This document shows, piece after piece, positions 17,050-26,558 of a stretch of DNA of 64,000 bases. A program made the translations under genes and the position numbers. The DNA comes from an uncultured Actinomycetota bacterium. Lineage in GTDB: Bacteria; Actinomycetota; Actinomycetes; Mycobacteriales; CADCTP01. Where the stretch lies: the NCBI GenBank assembly GCA_963714145.1, contig OY970235.1:2961722-3025721 (forward strand), in the 5' to 3' direction. A model generated the notes under the pieces. It was given only the letters and a program-made list of their open reading frames with translations. It did no database searches and was not told where the DNA came from. Positions within the stretch are counted from its first letter, which is position 1; the number at the start of each line of letters is the position of its first letter.

Positions 17050-17307
17050 CAGTGCTGTTCTCCTCGCCCGTCCCGGCCCGGCCGGCACGACAGGGCCGGG
17101 CGTCGCAGCAGACGCATCAGGTGTCACATCGGTAACGGCCGCAACGTGAGGCGGCGGTCATTTGTCAGACTGGACGGTACGGGTACGCCGCCGGCGGACC
17201 AGACGGAGTCCACGCGTGCACTGAGCCGGGGAATCCGAACAGTCATCCGGACGTTAGACGCGCGCAGGCGCCCTGCCTGCGCACCTGGGTCGGGCTAGGA
17301 GGATCGG

Positions 17308-18375
17308 GTGGCGCTGCAGGACGCGAACAGAGGGGTACCCCCGGGCGGTGAGCATCCCAACGGGAGTAACCCCGCTGGATACCGGACGGATGAGGCGGTC
17401 CCGCTGGAGCAGGTGGCGCAGGCCTGTGCGCGGATCGGGGCCAACATCGAGCGGGTCATCGATGGCAAGCCGGAGATCGTCCGGTTGGCGCTGGTTGTGC
17501 TGCTCGCCGAGGGCCACCTGCTGATCGAGGATGTGCCCGGCGTCGGCAAGACCAAGCTGGCCAAGGCGCTGGCCCGGTCGATCGACTGCTCGGTGCGCCG
17601 GATCCAGTTCACCCCCGACCTGCTGCCCTCGGATGTCACCGGGGTCAGCGTCTACAACCAGGAGACCCGGGACTTCGAGTTCAAGCCCGGCGCGGTCTTC
17701 GCCAACCTGGTGGTCGGGGACGAGATCAACCGGGCCTCGCCGAAGACGCAGTCCGCGCTGCTGGAGTGCATGGAGGAGCGCCAGGTCACCGTCGACGGCG
17801 TGACCTACGTGCTGGAGGCCCCGTTCATGGTGGTCGCCACCCAGAACCCGATCGAGATGGAAGGCACCTACCCGCTGCCGGAGGCGCAGCGGGACCGGTT
17901 CACCGCCCGCATCTCGATGGGCTACCCGGACCAGGCCGCCGAGATGATCATGCTGGCCGACCACGCCGGGCGCGACCCGCTGGAGTTGCTGCAGCCGGTG
18001 TCCACGGCGCTGGAGGTGCGCAACCTGATCGATGCGGTGCACCGCATCCACGTCTCGGACGCGGTCCGCCGGTACGCGGTCGACCTGGTCAACGCCACCC
18101 GCCGCTCCCCCGACCTGCGGCTCGGCGCCTCGCCGCGATCGACCCTGCAACTGCTGCGGACGGCCAAGGCGCATGCCGCGCTGGACGGGCGGAACTACGC
18201 CCTGCCGGACGACCTGCAGCGGCTGGCGTTGCCGGTGCTGTCGCACCGGGTGCTGCCGACGGCCGAGGCGCAGCTGTCCCGGCGGTCCCCCGAGGTGATC
18301 GTCGGCGAGATCATCCGGCGGGTGCCGGTGCCCCGCTCGGTGGAGTCCCCACCGGTGCGTACCTCCGGGGCCTGA
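17308..18375 (+). CDS. moxR: MoxR-family AAA+ ATPase
   Basis: Track ORF 17308..18375. Walker A is EDVPGVGKTKLAKALA and Walker B is VVGDEINRASPKTQSALLE; ATQNPIEMEGTYPLPEAQRDRF is also present. An AGGAGG SD precedes the GTG start. Confidence 0.9.
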   Translation: MALQDANRGVPPGGEHPNGSNPAGYRTDEAVPLEQVAQACARIGANIERVIDGKPEIVRLALVVLLAEGHLLIEDVPGVGKTKLAKALARSIDCSVRRIQFTPDLLPSDVTGVSVYNQETRDFEFKPGAVFANLVVGDEINRASPKTQSALLECMEERQVTVDGVTYVLEAPFMVVATQNPIEMEGTYPLPEAQRDRFTARISMGYPDQAAEMIMLADHAGRDPLELLQPVSTALEVRNLIDAVHRIHVSDAVRRYAVDLVNATRRSPDLRLGASPRSTLQLLRTAKAHAALDGRNYALPDDLQRLALPVLSHRVLPTAEAQLSRRSPEVIVGEIIRRVPVPRSVESPPVRTSGA

Positions 18376-18378
18376 GTC

Positions 18379-19671
18379 GTGCGCGACGCGCTGTCCGGGC
18401 TGACCACGCGCGGGCGTTGCCTGCTCGCGGCGGGCGGCGCCGCGGCGCTGTGCGCGATCATCCTCGGCGAGCGTGACCTGCTCCGGGTCGCCTTCTTCCT
18501 GATCGCGCTGCCGCTGGTCGCGGCGGCGGTGGTGGCCCGCACCCGGTACCGGCTGTCCTGCGCCCGGTCGCTGGCGCCGGCCCGGGTGCCGGCCGGCCAG
18601 CCGGCCGAGGTGATCCTCCGGCTGGACAATGTCTCGTTCCTGCCGACCGGCCTGCTGCTGCTCGAGGACGAGGTGCCCTACACCCTGGGCGGCCGGCCCC
18701 GGTTCACGGTCGACCGGATCGGCCCGGGCCAGCACCGCACCGTCCGCTACCCGGTCCGGTCGGACGCGCGCGGCCGGTACCGGATCGGCCCGCTGCGGCT
18801 GCGGCTGGCCGACCCGTTCGGCCTGGTCGAGCTGACCCGCTCGTTCACCGCGGTGGACCGGCTGACCGTGGTCCCGGCCACCCAGCCGCTGCCGCCGGTG
18901 CGGCTCGGCGGCGCGTGGGATTCCGGCGGCGAGAGCGTCAGCCGGACGGTGGCCATCCGTGGCGACGACGACGCGGCCACCCGCGAGTACCGGCACGGCG
19001 ACGACCTGCGCAAGGTGCACTGGCGCTCGACCGCCCGGGTCGGCAAGTTGATGGTCCGGCGCGAGGAGCGGCCCTGGCAGAGCCGGGCCACCCTGCTGCT
19101 GGACACCCGGCTGCGGGCGCACCGCGGCGACGGGCCCGGCTCGAGCTTCGAATGGGCGATCAGCGCGGTCGCCAGCATCGGCGTGCACGCGGCCCGGCAG
19201 GGCTACGCGGTACGCCTGCTCACCGACTCGGGGCCGACCGTGGCCGCCGCCGACCTGGGCGACGAGGGCGTACTGCTCGACTACCTGGCCGAGGTCACCG
19301 GCTCCCGGCACGACGGGCTGGATCCGGCCATCTCCGCGCTGCGCGGGGTGGAGGGCATCGGCACCCTGATCGCGGTGCTCGGCCTGCTCGACCCGGAGCA
19401 GGCCGCCGCACTGGCCGGCGCGCGTACCCCGTCGGACACCTCGGTGGCGATCCTGGTCGACGCGACCAGCTGGATGACGCTGGCGCCGCGGGCCCGGTCC
19501 GAGGCCGACGCGGCCTACGACGCGGCCGCCGAGATCCTGACCCGGGGCGGCTGGCGGGTGCTGCGGGCCCGGCACGGGGCGCTGCTGCCGCGGCTGTGGC
19601 CGGGCGCCGGCGGGCAGTCCGGCCCGATCGACTGGGCGCCGCAGCCCGGCAACCCGGTCGGCACCCGATGA
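18379..19671 (+). CDS. DUF58 family protein (MoxR partner)
   Basis: Track ORF 18379..19671. It has two N-terminal TM helices and the DUF58 signature region REYRHGDDLRKVHWRSTAR. It starts 3 nt after the moxR stop. Confidence 0.85.
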   Translation: MRDALSGLTTRGRCLLAAGGAAALCAIILGERDLLRVAFFLIALPLVAAAVVARTRYRLSCARSLAPARVPAGQPAEVILRLDNVSFLPTGLLLLEDEVPYTLGGRPRFTVDRIGPGQHRTVRYPVRSDARGRYRIGPLRLRLADPFGLVELTRSFTAVDRLTVVPATQPLPPVRLGGAWDSGGESVSRTVAIRGDDDAATREYRHGDDLRKVHWRSTARVGKLMVRREERPWQSRATLLLDTRLRAHRGDGPGSSFEWAISAVASIGVHAARQGYAVRLLTDSGPTVAAADLGDEGVLLDYLAEVTGSRHDGLDPAISALRGVEGIGTLIAVLGLLDPEQAAALAGARTPSDTSVAILVDATSWMTLAPRARSEADAAYDAAAEILTRGGWRVLRARHGALLPRLWPGAGGQSGPIDWAPQPGNPVGTR

Positions 19672-19807
19672 GCTCTTACCCAACGGGCTGGCCCGGGGCC
19701 AGCCGATGAGCCGGCCCTGGTGAGCCGGCAGCCGACCGACCGGCACCTGCGCCGGCAGCCAGTGCGAGACGGCGCCGCGGCCAGCGCGCCGGGGATGGGG
19801 TGACGCG

Positions 19808-22213
19808 GTGCGGACCAGCACCCGGATGACGTTCGCGGCCGGCTGGGCCACCGCCCTCGGCGCGGTCCCGCTCGGCGCCGTTTTCGATGACTGGCGCTGG
19901 CTCTGGTACACCTGGGCCGCGATCGCCGCGGTGGTCGCCGCGCACCTGGCCGTCCGCAGCACCCGGCTGCCGGCGTTCCTGGCCCCGGTCGCCGGGCTGG
20001 CCGGCCTGCTCATCTACGTCACCCTCGTGTTCACCGGCGGCGACGCGCTGTTCGGGCTGCTACCGACGCCGACCAGCCTGCGGGCGCTGTACGACAACGT
20101 GCACGCCGGCCTGATCGCGGTACACGACCTGGCCGCCCCGGTGGACACCCGGCCCGAGCTGATCCTGCTGGCCGCGGGCGCGGTCGGGCTGCTCACCGTC
20201 GTGATCGACGTGATCGCGGTGATGCTGCGCCGGCCGGCGGCGGCCGGGCTGGCCCTGCTCGGCCTGTACGCGGTGCCGACCGCGGTCGCCCGGGACGGCG
20301 TGAAGTGGCCGCTGTTCGTGGTCGGCGCGCTGGGCTACCTGGTGCTGCTGATGGCCGAGGGACGGGACCGGCTGCTCCGCTGGGGCCGGCCGATCGGCGG
20401 CGGCGACGTCGTGCCGCCCGGGCAGAACCCGACCCGCACGGCCCTGGACGAGGAGACCCCGCTGCCGCTGACCGGGCAGCGCATCGGCGCGGCGGCGCTG
20501 GCGATCGCGGTGATCGCGCCGCTGTTCGTCCCCGGGCTGACCGGGCACGCGCTGTCCGACCTGGCCCGCACCGGCAGCGGGGACGGCACCGGCACTGGCC
20601 CCGGGCAGATCGCGATCAACCCGTTCACCCAGCTCTCCGACCGGCTCAAGCAGCCCACCCCGACCCGGCTGTTCCAGGTCAGCTCCACCCTGCCGGACCT
20701 GTACAACCTCCGGCTGATGACGCTGAACACCTACACCTCCCGGGGCTGGGAGGGGCGCAACCTGAACGCCGGCAACTCCGCACTCGGCCGGATGCCGGTG
20801 CCGAACTACGAGGCCGACCAGTCCGGCACCGCGTCCCCGTACCACGTCACGATCGCGGTGGACGCCGCGTACAGCGGCGATGTGCTGCCGACCGCCTTCT
20901 ATCCGAACGCGATCGACGGCCTTACCGCCGACTGGCACTACGACAGCGTGAGCGGGGTGGTGCAGAACCCGCGGTCGCGGGCGAACAGCCAGCGCTACAC
21001 GATCGACGGCTTCAACGCGGTGCCGACGCAGGCCCAGGTGGAGGGGGCCAGCGGCGAGATCCCGGCCGAGGTGCAGCAGCGCTGGGGCGGCGTCTCCAGC
21101 GTGCCGGACGAGGTGAAGCGGACCGTCGAGAGCATCACCAAGGACAAGAACACCCCGTACCAGCGGGCCCTGGCGCTGAACAACTTCTTCCGGGACGGCA
21201 CCCACGGCTTCCAGTACTCCACCCAGACCCAGCCCGGCAACAGCGGCAGCGCGCTGGTCGACTTCCTGCGCAACAAGCGCGGGTTCTGCGAGCAGTACGC
21301 GTCCGCGATGGGCATCATGCTGCGGGTCGCCGGCATCCCGTCCCGGGTGGTCATCGGGTTCCTGCACCCCAGCAGCGGCAACGGCAAGTGGGACGTGACC
21401 AGCAGCGACGCGCACGCCTGGGTCGAGGGCTACTTCCCCGGCGTCGGCTGGGCCCCGTTCGACCCGACCCCGCGGAACTACAGCGACCGGATCGACCCCG
21501 CGTACGCCCCCGGCCCGGCGCCCTCCGCGTCGCCGACGACCAGCGGCAGCAGCAGCGACAGCACCGCCAGCGCCGGGCCGCAGACCGGCAAGCTGGACAC
21601 CAGCGTCCCGTCCGCCGGGGGTGGTGACAGCGACGGCCCGTCCGGGCTGCTGACCCCGCGCACCGCGATCATCTCGCTGGTCGTACTACTGGTGCTGGTA
21701 CTGCTGCTCACCCCGGCGGTGGGCCGGCTGGCGGCCCGACGGCGACGGCTGCGGGTGGCGGTCGGCGCCGATCCGCGGGCCGCCGCGGTGGCCGGCTGGG
21801 ACGAGATCCTCAGTACCGCGATCGACTACGGGATACTGATGCCGGCGAACGAGACACCCCGCGGCACCGCCCGCCGGCTCGCCCGGGACCTCACCGACAG
21901 CCAGCCGGCGGTGGCCGGGCTGCGGCTGCTGGCGCTTGCCGAGGAACGGGCCCGGTACGCGCCGGAGGCCGGGGTGGACGGCGATCTGCCGACGGCGGTC
22001 CGGGCGGTCCGGCAGGGGCTGCGCGGGCTGGCGCGGTCGCGGCGCCGGCTGCGTGCCCGGCTGTTCCCGCCGTCCACCGTGCAGGCGATCCTGGTCGGCA
22101 TGTCCCGACGGTCCGGGCAGGCATCCACCGCGGCCGGCCGGGTCACCGACGAGATCAGCCGCGCGCTGCGCCGGTCCCGCCGGCTGACCCCACGCCGCAC
22201 CGAACAGCCCTGA
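19808..22213 (+). CDS. Transglutaminase-domain polytopic membrane protein (TgpA-like)
   Basis: Track ORF 19808..22213. The N-terminus is multi-TM. The core carries a Cys/His/Asp context: FCEQYASAMGIMLRVAGIPSRVVIGF...DAHAWVEGYFPGVGWAPFDPTP. A C-terminal TM follows. Confidence 0.85.
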   Translation: MRTSTRMTFAAGWATALGAVPLGAVFDDWRWLWYTWAAIAAVVAAHLAVRSTRLPAFLAPVAGLAGLLIYVTLVFTGGDALFGLLPTPTSLRALYDNVHAGLIAVHDLAAPVDTRPELILLAAGAVGLLTVVIDVIAVMLRRPAAAGLALLGLYAVPTAVARDGVKWPLFVVGALGYLVLLMAEGRDRLLRWGRPIGGGDVVPPGQNPTRTALDEETPLPLTGQRIGAAALAIAVIAPLFVPGLTGHALSDLARTGSGDGTGTGPGQIAINPFTQLSDRLKQPTPTRLFQVSSTLPDLYNLRLMTLNTYTSRGWEGRNLNAGNSALGRMPVPNYEADQSGTASPYHVTIAVDAAYSGDVLPTAFYPNAIDGLTADWHYDSVSGVVQNPRSRANSQRYTIDGFNAVPTQAQVEGASGEIPAEVQQRWGGVSSVPDEVKRTVESITKDKNTPYQRALALNNFFRDGTHGFQYSTQTQPGNSGSALVDFLRNKRGFCEQYASAMGIMLRVAGIPSRVVIGFLHPSSGNGKWDVTSSDAHAWVEGYFPGVGWAPFDPTPRNYSDRIDPAYAPGPAPSASPTTSGSSSDSTASAGPQTGKLDTSVPSAGGGDSDGPSGLLTPRTAIISLVVLLVLVLLLTPAVGRLAARRRRLRVAVGADPRAAAVAGWDEILSTAIDYGILMPANETPRGTARRLARDLTDSQPAVAGLRLLALAEERARYAPEAGVDGDLPTAVRAVRQGLRGLARSRRRLRARLFPPSTVQAILVGMSRRSGQASTAAGRVTDEISRALRRSRRLTPRRTEQP

Positions 22214-22420
22214 CCGCAGCGGCCGCGAACGGACCTGGGCTCACCTGCTCGCACGGTGGGACGGCCGAGGAACCGGCGGCGTCCGCGCTGGCGTACGGAG
22301 GCGCGCCGGTGGCGCCACCACCAAGCCCGGTGGCATGCCCGGGGAGGTCGCAGCCGCCCGGCCGGCGGCTGTGCCGCTGAGACGGCGGCAGGGCCGGCGG
22401 GACGGGCGGGTCTGGACATG

Positions 22421-22451
22421 CCACCGGCCTGCCCTCTGGGCAGGCCGGTGG
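22421..22451. terminator. Bidirectional hairpin between the convergent transglutaminase and DUF3040 genes
   Basis: ccaccggcctgccc-tct-gggcaggccggtgg forms 13-14 bp of perfect stem. Confidence 0.5.
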
Positions 22452-22489
22452 ATGTAGCCGGAGCCGAGCCGGGGTGCGGCCCGGGAGGC

Positions 22490-22879
22490 TCAGCGTTCGT
22501 CGAAGCGGCGGCGGAAGCGCTCTTCCATCCGCTGCAGCAGCGAGGCTCGACGCTGCTTGCGACGCGGGGCACTGCGCTCGCTGCCGGCGACGCGCAGATC
22601 GGGACGGCCGGCCAGGCGCTTGTACTGGGATGCGGCGAAACCGCTGGAGGCCAGCATCACACAGAAGCCGGCCACGCCGAGCGGGATGTTCTGCGCCATG
22701 ACGCCGGCCAGCATCGCGATCATGCCCAAAACAAGAAGGACCAGGGCGCGCCGGACTCGACGACGAGCATGGGTGCGGAGGTCCGTCGAGCTCACGGTCG
22801 AGGCAAACTTCGGGTCCTCGGCATACAGCGCACGCTCGATCTGCTCAAGCAAGCGCTGCTCGTGGTCCGAGAGCGGCAC
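22490..22879 (-). CDS. DUF3040 membrane protein (Rv2169c-like)
   Basis: GTG 22879 lies within track ORF 22490..23038 and is preceded by an AGGAGGGG SD. The product reads VPLSDHEQRLLEQIERALYAEDPKFA and then has two TM helices. Confidence 0.85.
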   Translation of the reverse strand: MPLSDHEQRLLEQIERALYAEDPKFASTVSSTDLRTHARRRVRRALVLLVLGMIAMLAGVMAQNIPLGVAGFCVMLASSGFAASQYKRLAGRPDLRVAGSERSAPRRKQRRASLLQRMEERFRRRFDER

Positions 22880-22989
22880 GGCGCCCCTCCTGACGGTGCA
22901 CCCCCGCGGACGCCTCCGCCGGGGAACGGCTAAGACAGCCGCAGCGCGACTGCCGTACCGAGGATACGAGCCTGCGGTGAAAGGGGAAA

Positions 22990-23016
22990 GGCGGAGGGGT
23001 ACCAACCCCGTCCGCC
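22990..23016 (-). terminator. Hairpin plus T-rich tail downstream of dinB
   Basis: The minus-strand sense reads GGCGGACGGGGT-TGGT-ACCCCTCCGCC (one bulge), followed by TTTCCCCTTTCAC. It begins 19 nt after the dinB stop. Confidence 0.5.
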
Positions 23017-23034
23017 TGCTTGATCCAGATCTCG

Positions 23035-24336
23035 TCACTCCTCCACCGGAGGGCGGAGACGGCCCCGATGAGACCCGAACGCGGCCCCCAAATGTCCGGT
23101 GCGGTCACTTTCCTCGGCGGGCCGGACCAGGGCCGCCGGCCGCACCGCCCCGGCACCGTACCGCTCGGCTGCCTGGTCGACGGCACGGTCGGCGTCCCGC
23201 CAGCCGTGCTCCCGGTCACCCAGCCGCAGTTGCGCCGGCGTGCTGCTGGCCGGCGCGATGCCTTCCACCCGGACCCCGACCAGCCGGATCCGGGCCTGAT
23301 CGAGCCCGAGAGCGGCGTAGAGGGCCCGGGCCGTCTGGTAGATCTCCCGGCCGGCGTCGGTGCCGGTACCCAGGGTCCGGGCCCGGGTGATCGTGCTGAA
23401 ATCGGCGAACCGGACCTTGATGCTGACGGTGCGGCCGACCTGCCCCGTGGCCCGCAGCCGCCCCGCGGTCCGCTCGGACAGCCGGAGCAGCTCGCGGCCG
23501 ATGACAGCCGGGTCGGCCACGTCGGTGTCGAACGTCTCCTCGGCGCCGATGGACTTGTCCGGCTCGTGCGGCACCACCCGGCGGTCGTCCCGGCCGGCGG
23601 CCAGCGCGGCCAGGTGGTCGGCGACGGCCGCGCCCACGGCCCGGCGCAGCGCGGCCCGCGGCGTCGCGGCAAGATCCCCGACGGTACGCAGGCCGAGCCG
23701 GTGCAGCGCCTCGCCGGTGCGCTCACCGACGCCCCAGAGCGCACCGACCGGCAGCGGGTGCAGGAAGGCGGTCACCCCGCCGGCCGGGACCACCAGCAGG
23801 CCGTCCGGCTTGCAACGCGCGGACGCGAGCTTGGCCAGGAACTTGGTCGGCGCCACCCCGACCGAGCAGGTGATGCCCTGCTCGTCGGCGACCCGGGCGC
23901 GGATCCATTCACCGATCTGGGCCGGCCGGCCGAGCCGGCGGCGGGCGCCGGCCACATCCAGGAAGGCCTCGTCCAGGGAGAGCGGCTCGACCAGCGGGGT
24001 GATCGACCGGAACACCGCCATCACCCCGGCGGACGCCTCCGCGTAGCTGGCCATGTCCGGCGGGATCACCACCGCCTGCGGGCACTGGCGCACCGCCCGG
24101 GCCATCGGCATCGCGCTGTGCACCCCGAACGCGCGTGCCTCGTAGGTGGCTGAGAGCACCACCGCCCGGGCGCCGCCGCCGACGATCATCGGCCGGCCGC
24201 GCAGCTCGGGGCGGCGCCGCACCTCCACGCTGGCGTAGAAGGCGTCCATGTCGACGTGCAGGATCGGGCAGCCGGTGTCGTCACCGGGCGGCCCGGACGG
24301 CGGCCCGGGCCGGTCGAGCTGCTGGCTGCGCCCCAT
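23035..24336 (-). CDS. dinB: DNA polymerase IV (Y-family)
   Basis: Track ORF 23035..24582; I chose ATG 24336 (GGGAGGGG SD). Motifs: ILHVDMDAFYASVE, SLDEAFLDV, GITCSVGVAPTKFLAK. Confidence 0.9.
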   Translation of the reverse strand: MGRSQQLDRPGPPSGPPGDDTGCPILHVDMDAFYASVEVRRRPELRGRPMIVGGGARAVVLSATYEARAFGVHSAMPMARAVRQCPQAVVIPPDMASYAEASAGVMAVFRSITPLVEPLSLDEAFLDVAGARRRLGRPAQIGEWIRARVADEQGITCSVGVAPTKFLAKLASARCKPDGLLVVPAGGVTAFLHPLPVGALWGVGERTGEALHRLGLRTVGDLAATPRAALRRAVGAAVADHLAALAAGRDDRRVVPHEPDKSIGAEETFDTDVADPAVIGRELLRLSERTAGRLRATGQVGRTVSIKVRFADFSTITRARTLGTGTDAGREIYQTARALYAALGLDQARIRLVGVRVEGIAPASSTPAQLRLGDREHGWRDADRAVDQAAERYGAGAVRPAALVRPAEESDRTGHLGAAFGSHRGRLRPPVEE

Positions 24337-24430
24337 AGCCCCTCCCGTCCCGTCGGCCACCTTCCGGCAGTGAACCACCCCGCACCGACAATTCCGCCGG
24401 ACGCACCGCGGCAAAACCGCCAGCAGACGC

Positions 24431-24656
24431 ACCGTGGGGTCCGCGGGGGCTCGGTCCCCGCGGCCAGCATGCCGGGCGACCCGGCGAGCGCTACCCGCGA
24501 GCAGGGTGCGCCCAAGCCCGGCCCCCGCGGCCAGCATGCCGGGCGACCCGGCGAGCGCTATCCGCGAGCAGAGTGCGCCCAAGCCCGGCCCCCGCGGCCA
24601 GCATGCCGGGCGACCCGGCGAGCGCTATCCGCGAGCAGGGTGCGCCTGAGCCCGGC
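24431..24656. repeat. Hairpin-headed intergenic repeat: a 25-bp head followed by a 67-bp unit x3
   Basis: Unit starts (ccccgcggccagcatgccgggcgacccggcgagcgctaYccgcgagcagRgtgcgcc...) are at 24456, 24523 and 24590. The head hairpin ccgcgggg/ccccgcgg spans 24441-24463. The third copy supplies the last codons of the methyltransferase 24625..25392. Confidence 0.9.
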
Positions 24657-25392
24657 GGGCCAGGAGGTGCAGCTGGGTGGCGATGTCGCGGTAGGGCGGG
24701 ATGGCGGCGACCGCGAGCTCCAGGGCGCGCAGCGCGTCGGCGACGCCAGGGACGGCCTCCAGCGCACCCGGCAGCAGGTCGGCCACCACCCGGACCCCGT
24801 GCACCGACTCGACCGTCAGCCCGGCGGCCACGATCAGGGCGCTGACCTCAGCGGTGTCGAACCGGCGCAGCGCGCTGTCGGCTTCACTCCAGCGGCCGGC
24901 CGGGTCGGTCAGCGCGCGCAACGCGTCCGCCGGATGGCCGCCGAGCGCCCGGGACAGCACGGTGGCCGCCCGGCCGGCCACCAGCACGCTGGCGCAGCCG
25001 CCCGGCCGGACCGCGCCGGCGACCGTGGCCAGCGTCTTCGCCGGGTCGTCCACCATTTCCAGCAGCTGGTGGCAGAGCACCAGGTCGTACCCGGCCGGCG
25101 GCAGCTCGCCGGCCAACCCGTCCACATCGCCGCAGATCGCCGAGACCCGGTCGGCCACGCCCACCTCGACGGCCCGGCGCTGCAGGGTGGCCAGCGCGTC
25201 CGGGCTGGCATCGACCACGGTGACCCGGTGCCCCAGCTCGGCCAGCGGCACCGCGAACACCCCGCTGCCGCCACCGAGGTCGAGCACCGTGGTGCCGTCC
25301 GCGTCGACGGCACGGCGGCTCAACTCGTTCCGCAGCACTTCCCAGACCACGGCCGTACGCGGTGAGACGTGCGCCCGCCCGCCCTCCGTCAA
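24625..25392 (-). CDS. Class I SAM-dependent methyltransferase
   Basis: Track ORF 24625..25392 (TTG start; an internal GTG is possible). Motif I is VLDLGGGSGVFAVPLAELG, followed by DLVLCHQLLEMVDDP...VRPGG. Confidence 0.75.
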   Translation of the reverse strand: MTEGGRAHVSPRTAVVWEVLRNELSRRAVDADGTTVLDLGGGSGVFAVPLAELGHRVTVVDASPDALATLQRRAVEVGVADRVSAICGDVDGLAGELPPAGYDLVLCHQLLEMVDDPAKTLATVAGAVRPGGCASVLVAGRAATVLSRALGGHPADALRALTDPAGRWSEADSALRRFDTAEVSALIVAAGLTVESVHGVRVVADLLPGALEAVPGVADALRALELAVAAIPPYRDIATQLHLLARRAQAHPARG

Positions 25393-25458
25393 GGCCCACC
25401 ACTCCTCGCCGTTCGGCTCCCGACCTCCGGTCGCCCCGAACGAGCCTAGTCGGCGCCG

Positions 25459-25923
25459 TCAGCCGGCGAGCGCGGCGAGCCGCGGGCCGGGCAGCAGGCC
25501 GAGCGTGGTCTCCACCAGGGCCAGGAACGTCTGCACGTCGCGAACCAGGTCGTCGGCTTCCCGGCCGGACACCGCGTGCTGCACGCCGGCCTCGGCGGCG
25601 GCCCGCTTGCCTGCGCCGGCGGCGAAGAACGCGGCCCACTCCCCCAGCTCCGGCGCCACCGCGGTGAGCAGCACCCAGGCACTGGTCGGCCGGCGGCGGC
25701 GCCCGCGCGGATCGGCGGCCTGCGCCCGGGCCGCCAGCACCGCGGCCGAGGCGCGCAGCGCGGCCAGGTGCGCGGCGGCGTACCGGTCGGGCGCGGCCGG
25801 CAGCGCGGCGGCTTCCTGGAGGCCACGCCGGGCCTGCTCGAGCAGGGTGACCGCGGCCGGGGCGACCGGGGCGCCGAGCTGCGGCGGCCGGGACCGGCGT
25901 GACACGGTAGTCATGACGCTCAT
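25459..25923 (-). CDS. HEPN-like helical protein (resembles what I recall as the SAV_6107 family)
   Basis: ATG 25923 lies within track ORF 25459..26034 and overlaps the stop of the upstream gene (ATGA at 25920-25923). The product contains DRYAAAHLAALRA (an R-x4-H motif) and ...EWAAFFAAGAGKRAAAEAG...READDLVRDVQTFLALVE. Confidence 0.55.
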   Translation of the reverse strand: MSVMTTVSRRSRPPQLGAPVAPAAVTLLEQARRGLQEAAALPAAPDRYAAAHLAALRASAAVLAARAQAADPRGRRRRPTSAWVLLTAVAPELGEWAAFFAAGAGKRAAAEAGVQHAVSGREADDLVRDVQTFLALVETTLGLLPGPRLAALAG

Positions 25924-26333
25924 AGCTGATCTTCCTCCACCCGGGTCGCCAGCCACCGGGACTCCTCCCGGTCGTGGCACAGGTCGAACACCAGCACCGC
26001 CGAGTTGCGACCGGCCGCGGCCGCCACCCGCCACACCTCACGGTCGGCCGCGCCGACGACCGCCGACCGACCGGCCGGCTGCCGCCGCGGCAACACGTCA
26101 GGCACCTGCCAGCCGCCCGGGCCGCTACCGGCGGAACCGCCACCAGCGGCACCGCCGACCGGCGCGCTGGCACCGGCGTACGCCTGGACCGGCGCGGCCC
26201 ACCGCCACCGGCTCGGCTCCACCCAGCGCGCGAGCACCTCGCGGACCACGTACAGCCGGGCACGCAGCAGGAACTGCTCCGGCGCCGCACCGCGCCGCAC
26301 CACCTCGACGGGCTCGTCGTGGATCCCCGGCAT
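25920..26333 (-). CDS. Small conserved hypothetical protein, translationally coupled to the HEPN-like gene
   Basis: ATG 26333 (GGGGAG SD) lies within track ORF 25920..26444. The product is MPGIHDEPVEVVRRGAAPEQFLLRARLYVVREVLARWVE...VWRVAAAAGRNSAVLVFDLCHD. It may be a DUF6504-type protein, but I cannot verify this. Confidence 0.55.
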   Translation of the reverse strand: MPGIHDEPVEVVRRGAAPEQFLLRARLYVVREVLARWVEPSRWRWAAPVQAYAGASAPVGGAAGGGSAGSGPGGWQVPDVLPRRQPAGRSAVVGAADREVWRVAAAAGRNSAVLVFDLCHDREESRWLATRVEEDQL

Positions 26334-26558
26334 CGCTCCCCGCCACCCCTTTGTCACCCGAGGCCTCTCGCCGGGCGGACCGGGGGTCGAGTTCCGCCCA
26401 CCCGGCGAGAGGCGTTCCGATCGCTCGAACAGGTGTTCGAACAATGAGGAGAGACTACACCGGGAGACCGACAGAAAGGCAACGCCGAACTGACCGTCCG
26501 GCGTGTCGAAGTGAACGGGTGGCCGGACGTTGCGGCATGCGGTCCGCGACCCGGCCGC

